Below, piece by piece: positions 1 through 7,780 of a stretch of 14,012 bases of DNA; the stretch's first letter is position 1; each line of letters opens with the position of its first letter. The translations under genes were made by a program, and so were the position numbers. The notes below the pieces were generated by a model. That model was not told where the DNA came from and ran no database searches. It worked only from the letters and a program-made list of their open reading frames with translations. This stretch comes from Candidatus Iainarchaeum sp. (lineage in GTDB: Archaea > Iainarchaeota > Iainarchaeia > Iainarchaeales > JAFCCJ01). The DNA lies in contig JBDRHK010000001.1 of assembly GCA_043816965.1 (NCBI GenBank), positions 1 to 14,012 on the forward strand, given 5' to 3'.

Positions 1-584
1 GCATTAATGAAATTTATGTTATAGGCGCCGTCGAACTTTTCCGCAAGAGCACCAAAAACATCAGTCATTTTTGGTTTCCTTGTGCCGACAAATGATTTGG
101 TGAAATGATGGAGGATAATTTCTGTGTCGATTTTTCTAACCAAGTGATAATGTTCCCTGTTGAGCTGGTTTCTCAACTGGGCGAAATTGGCGATATTGCC
201 ATTAAATGCAAAGCTGAACCACTTCCATTTTCTCCCATGGTGCCTTTCCCAGGGCTGGGCGGCTCCAACATCACTAGGGCCTGAGGTCGCATACCTAACC
301 TGGCCTATTCCCTTGCTCCCGGAATATTTCTTCAGTATTCCCCTGCTTTTCACAGGGATGTGGGAGCAGAAGGCCTCATTCACTGTTCCCAATTTCTTGT
401 AAGTGTCAATTATCTGCTGCCTATCCTCATTGTATGTGGTGATTCCTGCACTTAACTGGCCCCTGTTCTGCTGCTGAAGGAGCATTTTATACAAATAGAA
501 GGCAGCACCGCCTAGTGGGTATTTATGCCTTGCTTTAGGCAATGACACTGCCGCCAAGCCGCAGGAATGCTTAACTTCACTCAT
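1..584 (-). CDS. purF: Amidophosphoribosyltransferase, N-terminal Ntn glutaminase domain; runs off the left edge of the window (partial)
   Basis: Not in the ORF track. Hand translation from ATG at 584 is open to base 1: MSEVKHS-CGLAAV...MLLQQQNRGQLSAG...GIGQVRYATSG...AQP...FAFNGNIAN...DTE...FDGAY. These are class II GATase motifs (N-terminal Cys after a short propeptide, RGQ, RYxT, NG, DTE, GAY). It is divergent from purS/L/Q. Confidence 0.93.
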   Translation of the reverse strand, partial: MSEVKHSCGLAAVSLPKARHKYPLGGAAFYLYKMLLQQQNRGQLSAGITTYNEDRQQIIDTYKKLGTVNEAFCSHIPVKSRGILKKYSGSKGIGQVRYATSGPSDVGAAQPWERHHGRKWKWFSFAFNGNIANFAQLRNQLNREHYHLVRKIDTEIILHHFTKSFVGTRKPKMTDVFGALAEKFDGAYNINFIN

Positions 585-648
585 TATTGGGGACCCTAAT
601 GTATATGAAGCTCAAGTAATTTAAATTCTTTTCCCCTTGAATTTAGTT
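585..648. promoter_or_regulatory. Divergent purF/purS promoter region with palindromic TATA-like element AATTTAAATT (618-627)
   Basis: 64-nt gap between divergent starts. TTTAAA reads the same on both strands and lies about 26 nt before the purS ATG (649), typical of leaderless archaeal spacing. Inverted repeats at 586-600 and 622-645. Confidence 0.55.
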
Positions 649-1113
649 ATGTGGCGAATCGAAGTATCACTTCTTCCTGAATTTACTGATTCTGCCGGAA
701 ACGGGGCACTTAGTGACATAAAAGAAGATTTGCTTATAAAATCGGTTGAATCGGTTAAATTTGTTGATGTTTACCTCCTGGAAGCGAAATTAGATGAAAA
801 AAAAGTGAAAGAAATCGCCGAAAAGCTGCTGATTGACCCAATCACGCAGGAATTTAAGATTAATTCTGAATTTTTCAGGGGATTTGATTGGGCGATTGAG
901 GTTTCGCTGCACAAAAATGTCACTGATAATGTCGGGATGACCGCGGAGGAGGGGATTGAGGACATAATCGGGAAGAAATTTGAGGGAAGTGTGCGCACTG
1001 CGAGGAAGTATTTGCTGAAAGGCAATTTGAAAGAGGACGAAGTGAAAAGAATCTGCACAGATTTGCTTGCGAACGAGATTATTGAAAATTACAGTTACAA
1101 AAAATTGGATTAA
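649..1113 (+). CDS. purS: FGAM synthase PurS-like subunit with two tandem PurS domains (154 aa)
   Basis: Internal duplication is visible: WRIEVSL..TDSAG..YLLEAKL..IAEKLLIDPITQEF versus WAIEVSL..TDNVG..YLLKGNL..ICTDLLANEIIENY. Each half resembles the PurS D-x-x-G and LL-[AN/xD]-P/E-I-x-E motifs. It sits directly upstream of purL. ATG 649 preferred over TTG 637. Confidence 0.88.
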   Translation: MWRIEVSLLPEFTDSAGNGALSDIKEDLLIKSVESVKFVDVYLLEAKLDEKKVKEIAEKLLIDPITQEFKINSEFFRGFDWAIEVSLHKNVTDNVGMTAEEGIEDIIGKKFEGSVRTARKYLLKGNLKEDEVKRICTDLLANEIIENYSYKKLD

Positions 1114-1150
1114 TCAGTTAATGTATTGGAAAATGAATTGGAATGATAAA

Positions 1151-3544
1151 ATGAAAAACGAAATTAAATTTTTGGGTTTGGGCGGGAAAGAACTGGAGAA
1201 GCTGAGCAGGGATATGCTGCTCTCCCTGAACCTGAAAGAGATGAAGGAGATTCAGGATTATTACAAATCCAAGGGAAGGGAGCCTGCGCAGATTGAATTG
1301 GAAACTCTTGCACAAACATGGAGCGAGCATTGCAAGCATAAGGTGTTTAATGCATTGATAGATTATGTAGAAGATGGGAAAGGGGAGAAGATTGATTCCC
1401 TGTTTAAAAGTTATATTGTAAAAGCTACTGATGAGGCAGGGAAGAAGAAAAAGGATTTCTTGGTTTCTGTTTTTTCAGATAACGCAGGGATTGTTAAGTT
1501 CAATGATGAGTTCAATGTTGCGTTTAAGGTGGAAACCCACAACCACCCCTCAGCACTTGACCCTTATGGCGGTGCAAACACAGGAATCGGGGGGGTGATT
1601 AGGGATGTTTTGGGTTGCGGCCTGGGAGCAAAGCCTATTGCAAATACAGATATTTTCTGCTTTGGCGAGTTTGACATGCCGGCGAAAGATGTTCCTGCCG
1701 GAATTCTGCATCCGAAAAGGATTGCAAAAGGTGTGAGGTTAGGGGTAAGGGATTATGGAAACAGGATGGGAATCCCCACAGTTAATGGCGCGATTCTTTT
1801 TGAGGAAAGGTATTTGGGAAACCCCCTTGTTTTTTGCGGAACTGTCGGAATAATTCCAAAAGGAATGGAAACAAAGGCGGCGAAGGACGGGGATTTTATT
1901 ATTTCTGTTGGCGGGAAAACAGGGAGGGATGGAATCCACGGAGCGACCTTTTCATCTATTGAGCTTGATGAGTCAACGAGCTCTGCCGCTGTTCAGATAG
2001 GGAATGCAATTGAGGAAAAAAAGGTTCTGGATGTTATTCTGCAGGCGCGGGATAAGGGATTATATAATGCGATTACTGATTGCGGTGCGGGAGGATTTTC
2101 CTCTGCAGTTGGTGAGATGGGTGAGGATTTAGGTGCCGAAGTTCATTTGGAGAAGGCCCCGCTGAAATATGAAGGGTTGGAGCCCTGGGAGATTTGGGTT
2201 AGCGAGGCGCAGGAAAGGATGGTTGTTGCGGTTTCTCCAGAGCATGAGAAGGAATTTATTGAGTTATGCGCAAACGAGGATGTCGAGGCAACTGTAATTG
2301 GAAAGTTTGTGAAAACCGGGATGCTGAAACTGCTTTACAATGGCGAGATTGCGGGGGATTTGGAAATGGAATTCCTGCATAATGGCGGCCCAAGGAGGGA
2401 ACTGAAGGCAAAGTGGGAAAATAAGGGGGAAAAGAAAATTACAATTAAAAATTCAGGGAATTTGGGGGATGATTTGCACAAATTGCTTTCCCACCCGAAC
2501 ATTGCCTCAAAGGAAACCACAATAAGGCAGTACGACCATGAAGTGCAGGGAGGGAGCATAATTAAGCCCCTTGTTGGCGCTGAGAATGACGGCCCCAGTG
2601 ACGCGGCAATTGTGAGGCCATTGCTGGATAAGAATGAGGGGATTGCGATTGCGAACGGGATTAATCCAATGTACGGGGATATTGACCCCTACTGGATGGC
2701 TGCCTCTGCAATTGATGAAGCTGTGAGGAATATTATTTCTGTCGGGGGAAATTTGGAAGGGATTGCCCTGCTGGATAATTTCTGCTGGGGAAATCCTGAG
2801 AAGGAGGATAAGTTGGGGGAGTTGGTGAGAACTGTAAAGGGCTGTTATGACGCTGCAACCGCTTACGATCTTCCATTTATTTCCGGTAAGGATTCCTTTT
2901 ACAATGAGTTTATTCTGAAAGGGAAAACAATTGCAATTCCTGGAACGCTTTTGATTTCTGCGATTGGTGTGATGAAAGATTCGCGGAAAAGAATTTCAAT
3001 GGATTTGAAAGAGGAGGGGAATCTGATTTATGTTGTTGGGAAAACTTTCAACGAGATGGGATCTAGCCATTATGCGCTTTTGAACGGGATTAAGGAAGGG
3101 GCGGTTCCGAAAGTCAGGTTTAAGGAAGCGAGGAAGAATTTTGAATCTCTCGTGAAAGTGATTGCTGTTGGAGAGAAGAATGATGAAAGAATTGTAAGGG
3201 CCTGCCACGATTGCAGCGAGGGGGGCTTGGGAGTAGCGATTTCGGAAATGGCGTTCGCAGGAATGAAATCTGTGGAAATTGATTTGGGAAAGGTTCTGAA
3301 AGGTGAAGAAATTGATTCTGATGCAGTTCTCCTTTTTTCCGAATCCAATTCTCGTTTGGTTGTTGAAGTTAATGCAAAAAAGAAAGAAGAATTTGAGGAA
3401 TTAATGAAAGAGCGTGAAATTTCCGAGATTGGAATTGTTAAGAGTGGAAATGAATTAGTGATTAAAGGTTTGGACGGAAAGGAAATTGTTAAGGAAAATT
3501 TGAACGAGCTGAAAGAAAGTTGGAAAAAAACTTTGAGATGGTGA
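1151..3544 (+). CDS. purL: Phosphoribosylformylglycinamidine synthase subunit PurL
   Basis: Motifs WSEHCKH, DNAG, KVETHNHPSALDPYGGANTGIGGVIRD, GRDGIHGATFSS, DCGAGG, SEAQERM, QYDHEV, ISGKDSFYN, HDCSEGG, LFSES. Start taken as ATG 1151 (MKNEIKF); the frame is open from at least 1067, so the start is uncertain. Confidence 0.97.
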   Translation: MKNEIKFLGLGGKELEKLSRDMLLSLNLKEMKEIQDYYKSKGREPAQIELETLAQTWSEHCKHKVFNALIDYVEDGKGEKIDSLFKSYIVKATDEAGKKKKDFLVSVFSDNAGIVKFNDEFNVAFKVETHNHPSALDPYGGANTGIGGVIRDVLGCGLGAKPIANTDIFCFGEFDMPAKDVPAGILHPKRIAKGVRLGVRDYGNRMGIPTVNGAILFEERYLGNPLVFCGTVGIIPKGMETKAAKDGDFIISVGGKTGRDGIHGATFSSIELDESTSSAAVQIGNAIEEKKVLDVILQARDKGLYNAITDCGAGGFSSAVGEMGEDLGAEVHLEKAPLKYEGLEPWEIWVSEAQERMVVAVSPEHEKEFIELCANEDVEATVIGKFVKTGMLKLLYNGEIAGDLEMEFLHNGGPRRELKAKWENKGEKKITIKNSGNLGDDLHKLLSHPNIASKETTIRQYDHEVQGGSIIKPLVGAENDGPSDAAIVRPLLDKNEGIAIANGINPMYGDIDPYWMAASAIDEAVRNIISVGGNLEGIALLDNFCWGNPEKEDKLGELVRTVKGCYDAATAYDLPFISGKDSFYNEFILKGKTIAIPGTLLISAIGVMKDSRKRISMDLKEEGNLIYVVGKTFNEMGSSHYALLNGIKEGAVPKVRFKEARKNFESLVKVIAVGEKNDERIVRACHDCSEGGLGVAISEMAFAGMKSVEIDLGKVLKGEEIDSDAVLLFSESNSRLVVEVNAKKKEEFEELMKEREISEIGIVKSGNELVIKGLDGKEIVKENLNELKESWKKTLRW

Positions 3545-3548
3545 AATT

Positions 3549-3827
3549 GTGAGTTCTATGAAAGGCAGGGGAAGAACTGGGGAACACGGAAGAAAACTGC
3601 TTGGCAGAAGAAGGGACGCCGTAATTGAGCGAAACAAGCAGGGGGATGAAAATGCCAGATTCCTCAGGGCAATCAGTAAGAACTTGCAAAACCCAACACC
3701 CGAACAAATTGCATTTGACAAAAGAGTCCAAAGAAGGGTGAAGTTGGCAAGAGTTACGGCTGCAGTTAAAAATATTCCAACAAGGATTAAGAAGGCATTA
3801 ATGGGGAAAAAGAGGAAGAAAAAATGA
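3549..3827 (+). CDS. Hypothetical, highly basic small protein inserted between purL and purQ
   Basis: GGTGA RBS at 3540-3544 before GTG 3549 (alternative ATG 3558). Its stop overlaps the purQ start (ATGA, 3824-3827) and it fills the gap exactly. No family recognised. Confidence 0.75.
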   Translation: MSSMKGRGRTGEHGRKLLGRRRDAVIERNKQGDENARFLRAISKNLQNPTPEQIAFDKRVQRRVKLARVTAAVKNIPTRIKKALMGKKRKKK

Positions 3828-4570
3828 AACCAAAAGCAATTGTTTTGAGGACTGCAGGGACGAACTGCGAATATGAAACTAATCATGTGCTGAAAATGGT
3901 TGGTTTTGATGCGGATAATGTTCACATTAATGAACTGATTCGCGGCGATAGGAAATTGCTTGATTATCAATTGCTTGTGATTCCTGGAGGGTTTTCCCAC
4001 GGGGATTATTTGGGGAGTGCGAAAATCCTCGCAAATAAAATGGCGTATAAGTTGGGGAATGAGATTCCGGAGTTTATTGAAAAGGGGAATTTGGTTTTGG
4101 GAATCTGCAACGGCTTCCAGGCATTGGTGAAGGCAGGGATTCTCCCTGGTTTTGGGGGGAATTACAAAAAGCAGGAAACCACTCTCACAATGAATGATTC
4201 CGGGCATTTCCAGGATGAGTGGATTGAAATGGAGAATGTGAACAAGGGCAAGTGTGTTTTCACTAAAGGGATTGATTTCACCATCCCCTGCCCGATAAAC
4301 CATGGGGAGGGGAAGTTTGTTGCTCCTGAGGAAGTTATGGGGAAACTAAAGGCAAACGACCAGGTTGTTTTTAAGTATGTGAAAAATCCGAACGGCTCCT
4401 ATGAGGATATTGCGGGAATTTGCGACGAAAGCGGGATGGTTCTGGGGTTAATGCCCCATCCGGAGAAGAATTTCACCCATTTGAACAATCCGCAGTCAAC
4501 GAGGAAAGAGATGGCAGGCGAGGCAGCAGGGTTGGCAATTTTCAGGAATGCGTTTGGTTATTTTAAGTAA
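3824..4570 (+). CDS. purQ: FGAM synthase glutaminase subunit PurQ
   Basis: GTNCEYET, PGGFSHGDY, nucleophile motif LGICNGFQ, HGEG, NPNGS, catalytic GLMPHPE; purL context. Confidence 0.97.
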   Translation: MKPKAIVLRTAGTNCEYETNHVLKMVGFDADNVHINELIRGDRKLLDYQLLVIPGGFSHGDYLGSAKILANKMAYKLGNEIPEFIEKGNLVLGICNGFQALVKAGILPGFGGNYKKQETTLTMNDSGHFQDEWIEMENVNKGKCVFTKGIDFTIPCPINHGEGKFVAPEEVMGKLKANDQVVFKYVKNPNGSYEDIAGICDESGMVLGLMPHPEKNFTHLNNPQSTRKEMAGEAAGLAIFRNAFGYFK

Positions 4571-4892
4571 TCCTGTCCGGCAATCGGTGGTAATGAATTC
4601 TGCCGTTATTTTCATATGCAACAAAAACAGTCCTTTCCGCAGGAGGTTTTCCTGGATGAACTGTGACATATAATGCCGGGTGCTTTTTCCAGCCTTTTGA
4701 GAGGTGCCCCCGCACAACCGCACAATCAGGGGAGCTGCGGGTCCCTATTTTTACCCCGTCCGCAATGATTTTTCCTGACGCGTCACTTGCAATTTTTTTA
4801 TAAGCGGGCTCATATTTCGGCAATTCGTCAGGGCCGGCTAAGTCAAAGGCCCCTTTTCTCCTAAACCTGAACCCGCCGGCAAATTTTTTCAT
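4563..4892 (-). CDS. Hypothetical protein (109 aa, basic)
   Basis: ATG-started ORF that fills the space between the radical SAM gene and purQ, converging on purQ with an 8-nt overlap. AT-rich upstream region with TAAATAAA about 30 nt upstream. No family recognised. Confidence 0.65.
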   Translation of the reverse strand: MKKFAGGFRFRRKGAFDLAGPDELPKYEPAYKKIASDASGKIIADGVKIGTRSSPDCAVVRGHLSKGWKKHPALYVTVHPGKPPAERTVFVAYENNGRIHYHRLPDRIT

Positions 4893-4950
4893 ACTAACCT
4901 ATAAAATAATGGCGTCGGGATTTATTTAGGTTACTGTTCAGGGCAAATAA

Positions 4951-6342
4951 TCAGTGTATAACCAGCCACCTAATTCCCCTCCGCAGCGCGAAAAAGAACT
5001 GCCTTGGGCTTCTCATTTCTGCGAGGATTGAAAGCAGGATTTTCGGGCGAAGGTAGAATTTTCTCAGGCCTTTCTGGCGGATTTTTCTCAGTTCTTCCTC
5101 GGTGAACCCTTCCGGAATGTAACTTGCTTTGAAGAGAAAACAATTCTCCCAACTCACATTCTCGAGTTTTTTGCTCTTAATCAAATCATCGTAGATTTCG
5201 GTTCCGGGAAATGGTTGTAAATAGGAAAAATTAATCCTTTTCAGCGGGAGGGTTGTAACAAAATCAATTGTCTGTTCCATCTCCTCTTTTGTTTCTGTGG
5301 GAAAGCCAAGCATTACAAAACCTATTACATCCAAACCAACGCTGTTTATGAGTTCTACTTTCTCTTTTGTTTTTGCGGTTGTCAGGCTTTTCTTCACCAG
5401 TTTCAGGATTCTGTCAGAACCTGATTCGATTCCAACAGAAACACTGTAAAGGCCGGATTTTTTCATCAGAATAAGGAGTTTTTTGTCCAAAGTATCCAAT
5501 CGCATACCATTTGGGCAGGCCCAGGTAATTCCAAGTTTCTCTTTAATCAGAGTGTTGCAGAAATCCTCGACAAATTTCCTGTTCATGGTGTAATTGTCAT
5601 CCTCAATATGGATTTCGCGGATGCCGTGCTCCTTTACAAGCAGCCTGATTTCACCCATAACATTCTCCAGGCTCCTGTAACGGATTCTTTTTCCGGAAAC
5701 CAAATGACCCGCACAAAATGTGCAGCCATAGGGGCAGCCTCTTGTGATAATCATCGGTGCCATTGGGGACTGCTTGAAAAAATTGCCATGGGGGGCATAG
5801 GGATAGATCTCTGGCTTCAATAAATCCCAAGAGGGGAAGCCCAATTCATCCAAATTATCAATTATTTTCCTCTCATTCAGGACAATTTTCTTTCCTTTTC
5901 TCCAAACCAAAGAAGCAACTGATTTCAAATCATTTTCCTTGAAATTTTCCTTATCCAAAGCATCGACAATCTGGGGAAAACCCAGTTCCGCTTCCCCGAC
6001 AAATGCATAATCAATTTCAGGCATTTCATTAAGGGTTTCTTCAGGCCGCGCAGAGGGATGGGGGCCTCCCACAACAATTTTCACGGCAGGCGTTTTTTCT
6101 TTAATTGCCTTAACCGCATCCCTAATCTGGGCATAATTCATGGTGTAAAACATCAGGCCAATCAATTGAATTTCATTTTTGGCGATGAATTCAACTACTT
6201 CCTCAAGTTCCATATCCTCTTTTAGGGCATCTAAAATTCCCACTTCGTGTTTTTTCCTCACAGCGGTGGCTAAATAGCCCAAGCCAATTGGGGGGATTAT
6301 CTCATCAGCCTTGCTTTTCAGCTTTAAAAGCAGTATTCTCAT
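4951..6342 (-). CDS. Cobalamin-binding radical SAM protein (class B methyltransferase / BchE-like architecture)
   Basis: N-terminal B12-binding domain (PPIGLGYLA, VVGGPHPS, GEAE). Radical SAM motif TRGCPYGCTFC (CxxxCxxC), plus EDDNYT, GIESGS, GFPTET, PFPGTE. Confidence 0.93.
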   Translation of the reverse strand: MRILLLKLKSKADEIIPPIGLGYLATAVRKKHEVGILDALKEDMELEEVVEFIAKNEIQLIGLMFYTMNYAQIRDAVKAIKEKTPAVKIVVGGPHPSARPEETLNEMPEIDYAFVGEAELGFPQIVDALDKENFKENDLKSVASLVWRKGKKIVLNERKIIDNLDELGFPSWDLLKPEIYPYAPHGNFFKQSPMAPMIITRGCPYGCTFCAGHLVSGKRIRYRSLENVMGEIRLLVKEHGIREIHIEDDNYTMNRKFVEDFCNTLIKEKLGITWACPNGMRLDTLDKKLLILMKKSGLYSVSVGIESGSDRILKLVKKSLTTAKTKEKVELINSVGLDVIGFVMLGFPTETKEEMEQTIDFVTTLPLKRINFSYLQPFPGTEIYDDLIKSKKLENVSWENCFLFKASYIPEGFTEEELRKIRQKGLRKFYLRPKILLSILAEMRSPRQFFFALRRGIRWLVIH

Positions 6343-6393
6343 ATAGGAAGTTTGCTTGGTTAAGCCTTAAATGTGTTTCTAAAAGGGGAAAAA

Positions 6394-7470
6394 TTAGCAG
6401 TTTTCAAGCAGTTTTTCCTTGAATTTTCCCAAGTCTCTCCTTGAAACCCTTCCCCCTGCAGCAGGGATATGGCCCCCTCCAGTGCCATTCAATCCCTTTA
6501 AACTATTCTCCAGGAGCTCATTCACCTTAACCTTAAAATCCTGCCTCCGCGCGGAAATGTGCAAATTAGTATTGCCACGGTCCTGAACCAAAATAATAGT
6601 TTTTTTTGGGAATTTTTGGGAAATTTTATTCACGAGAGCTGATTTTATGTAATATTTGCTTTTGAAAGGGTAGTACACCAGTTGTTTTTCAGGATATTTT
6701 TCGGCAGCATTAAATCCTTTCATCAGCCGCTTAAGTTCAGTATCATAATTTTTCTTGTATTTTTTGAACTTAGAACTGAGAATTCTTTTCGGGGTTTCGA
6801 TATTTTTGTAAAACTCCTGCGCGAGCGAATTCATCTTTGCCCCGTCAACAGCCTCCACAGCACTGATTAATTCCTTCAGTTCAGTCATCTTTTTCAGCGA
6901 GAGTTTGCTGCGCCTTCCTGCGCAGACAATGAACTTTCTCCAGTGCTTAAGGCCAAAATCGCCGATAATTCCGACAGCAGTAACCCATTCCAAATCCGAA
7001 AGATTCCCGCAATTGGAAAACAGGTCATATGTTAGTTTTGCTGCAGGGTATTTGCTGGGCTCACGGGAGGACACATGCTGTGCCTTTATCATTATTGTCC
7101 TTTCAGAATTCAGGTTTTTGTAAATTTTATGATGGTCGATAATCAGCAGTTCGGCAAACTTCTCGGCTTTCCTTATTGTCGCAGGGTTCTGGTCAACTGC
7201 CAAATCCACAAGAATTATTTTGTTGATTTTACCTTTTCTCATTTTTTTTATTGAGTCTTCAGTCAGCTCAACCTCGGAATTTCCCTGTGAGAAAATCATC
7301 TCCGGTTTCTTCCCGCGCAGCAATTGAACAGTTTTTGCGGCAATCACTCCTGAGGCCAACCCATCCGCATCCCCGTGGAAAACCACTGCAATCCTGTCCT
7401 CGCGGGAAATAGCGGCGCAGAAACGCCTGAATTTCTCTAGAATTCTCTTCTTCACGTTAATCCTTAGCAC
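6394..7470 (-). CDS. DHH/DHHA1 family phosphoesterase (archaeal RecJ-like nuclease)
   Basis: Motifs HGDADG, VDL, IDHH, GIIGD, and DHHA1 motifs SAR and GGGHIPAAG. GTG start at 7470. Confidence 0.9.
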   Translation of the reverse strand: MLRINVKKRILEKFRRFCAAISREDRIAVVFHGDADGLASGVIAAKTVQLLRGKKPEMIFSQGNSEVELTEDSIKKMRKGKINKIILVDLAVDQNPATIRKAEKFAELLIIDHHKIYKNLNSERTIMIKAQHVSSREPSKYPAAKLTYDLFSNCGNLSDLEWVTAVGIIGDFGLKHWRKFIVCAGRRSKLSLKKMTELKELISAVEAVDGAKMNSLAQEFYKNIETPKRILSSKFKKYKKNYDTELKRLMKGFNAAEKYPEKQLVYYPFKSKYYIKSALVNKISQKFPKKTIILVQDRGNTNLHISARRQDFKVKVNELLENSLKGLNGTGGGHIPAAGGRVSRRDLGKFKEKLLENC

Positions 7471-7580
7471 AAGGTTAAATAATAACCTTTCCCATGAAAA
7501 ACACGTTTTACGCCGTAAACTCCTAAAATAGGGGGAATCCCCCTTTCGGAAGATTTAATAATAACAAATCCCTTCTTTTT

Positions 7581-7589
7581 GGAGGAGGT
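7581..7589 (+). promoter_or_regulatory. Strong Shine-Dalgarno GGAGGAGGT for the 59-aa gene
   Basis: Lies 5 nt upstream of ATG 7595. TATA-like TTTAATA at 7554-7560. Confidence 0.8.
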
Positions 7590-7594
7590 ATTCC

Positions 7595-7774
7595 ATGGGA
7601 TACGAACATAAAAATTCAAGAGGCCAGCAGTATTACCTGCACTCAATTGAGGCAAAGAATGGGAGAACTTTGTTCTTTTTCTCGAAGAAGAGTGAGAAGG
7701 GCATTGATTTACCTGAGGGGTATGGCGTAACTGAAAACCCTAAGACAGGCCTGCCACTGCTAAAGAAGAAATAA
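7595..7774 (+). CDS. 59-aa small basic protein, probable Cc1-like nucleic-acid-binding/chromatin protein
   Basis: Below the ORF-track cutoff. Hand translation: MGYEHKNSRGQQYYLHSIEAKNGRTLFFFSKKSEKGIDLPEGYGVTENPKTGLPLLKKK. Excellent RBS. The pattern YYLH..G...FFSK....IDLPEGY.V.ENP.TGLP.LKKK matches my recollection of the crenarchaeal chromatin protein Cc1 family. The CDS itself is well supported; the family call is from memory. Confidence 0.8.
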   Translation: MGYEHKNSRGQQYYLHSIEAKNGRTLFFFSKKSEKGIDLPEGYGVTENPKTGLPLLKKK

Positions 7775-7780
7775 TTGGAA

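Noticed and set aside
160..402. 80-aa plus-strand ORF
   Set aside because: Antisense shadow of purF, which has clear family motifs on the minus strand.
3542..3549. TGA read-through (Sec or recoding) fusing purL to the basic ORF
   Set aside because: The next ORF is out of frame, PurL ends at its expected C-terminus, and TGA serves as a normal stop elsewhere in the window.
3455..4303. 282-aa minus-strand ORF
   Set aside because: Antisense to purL, the basic ORF and purQ; Phe/Leu/Ile-rich composition typical of the reverse complement of purine-rich coding DNA; no motifs.
7471..7585. Possible mini-CRISPR, tRNA or MITE in the palindrome-rich gap
   Set aside because: The palindromes differ from each other; no direct repeats with spacers, no cloverleaf or TTCGA arm, no terminal repeats with target duplication.
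7464..7655. 63-aa minus-strand ORF upstream of the DHH gene
   Set aside because: Overlaps the better supported 59-aa plus-strand gene and the palindromic regulatory region; non-ATG start and no RBS.
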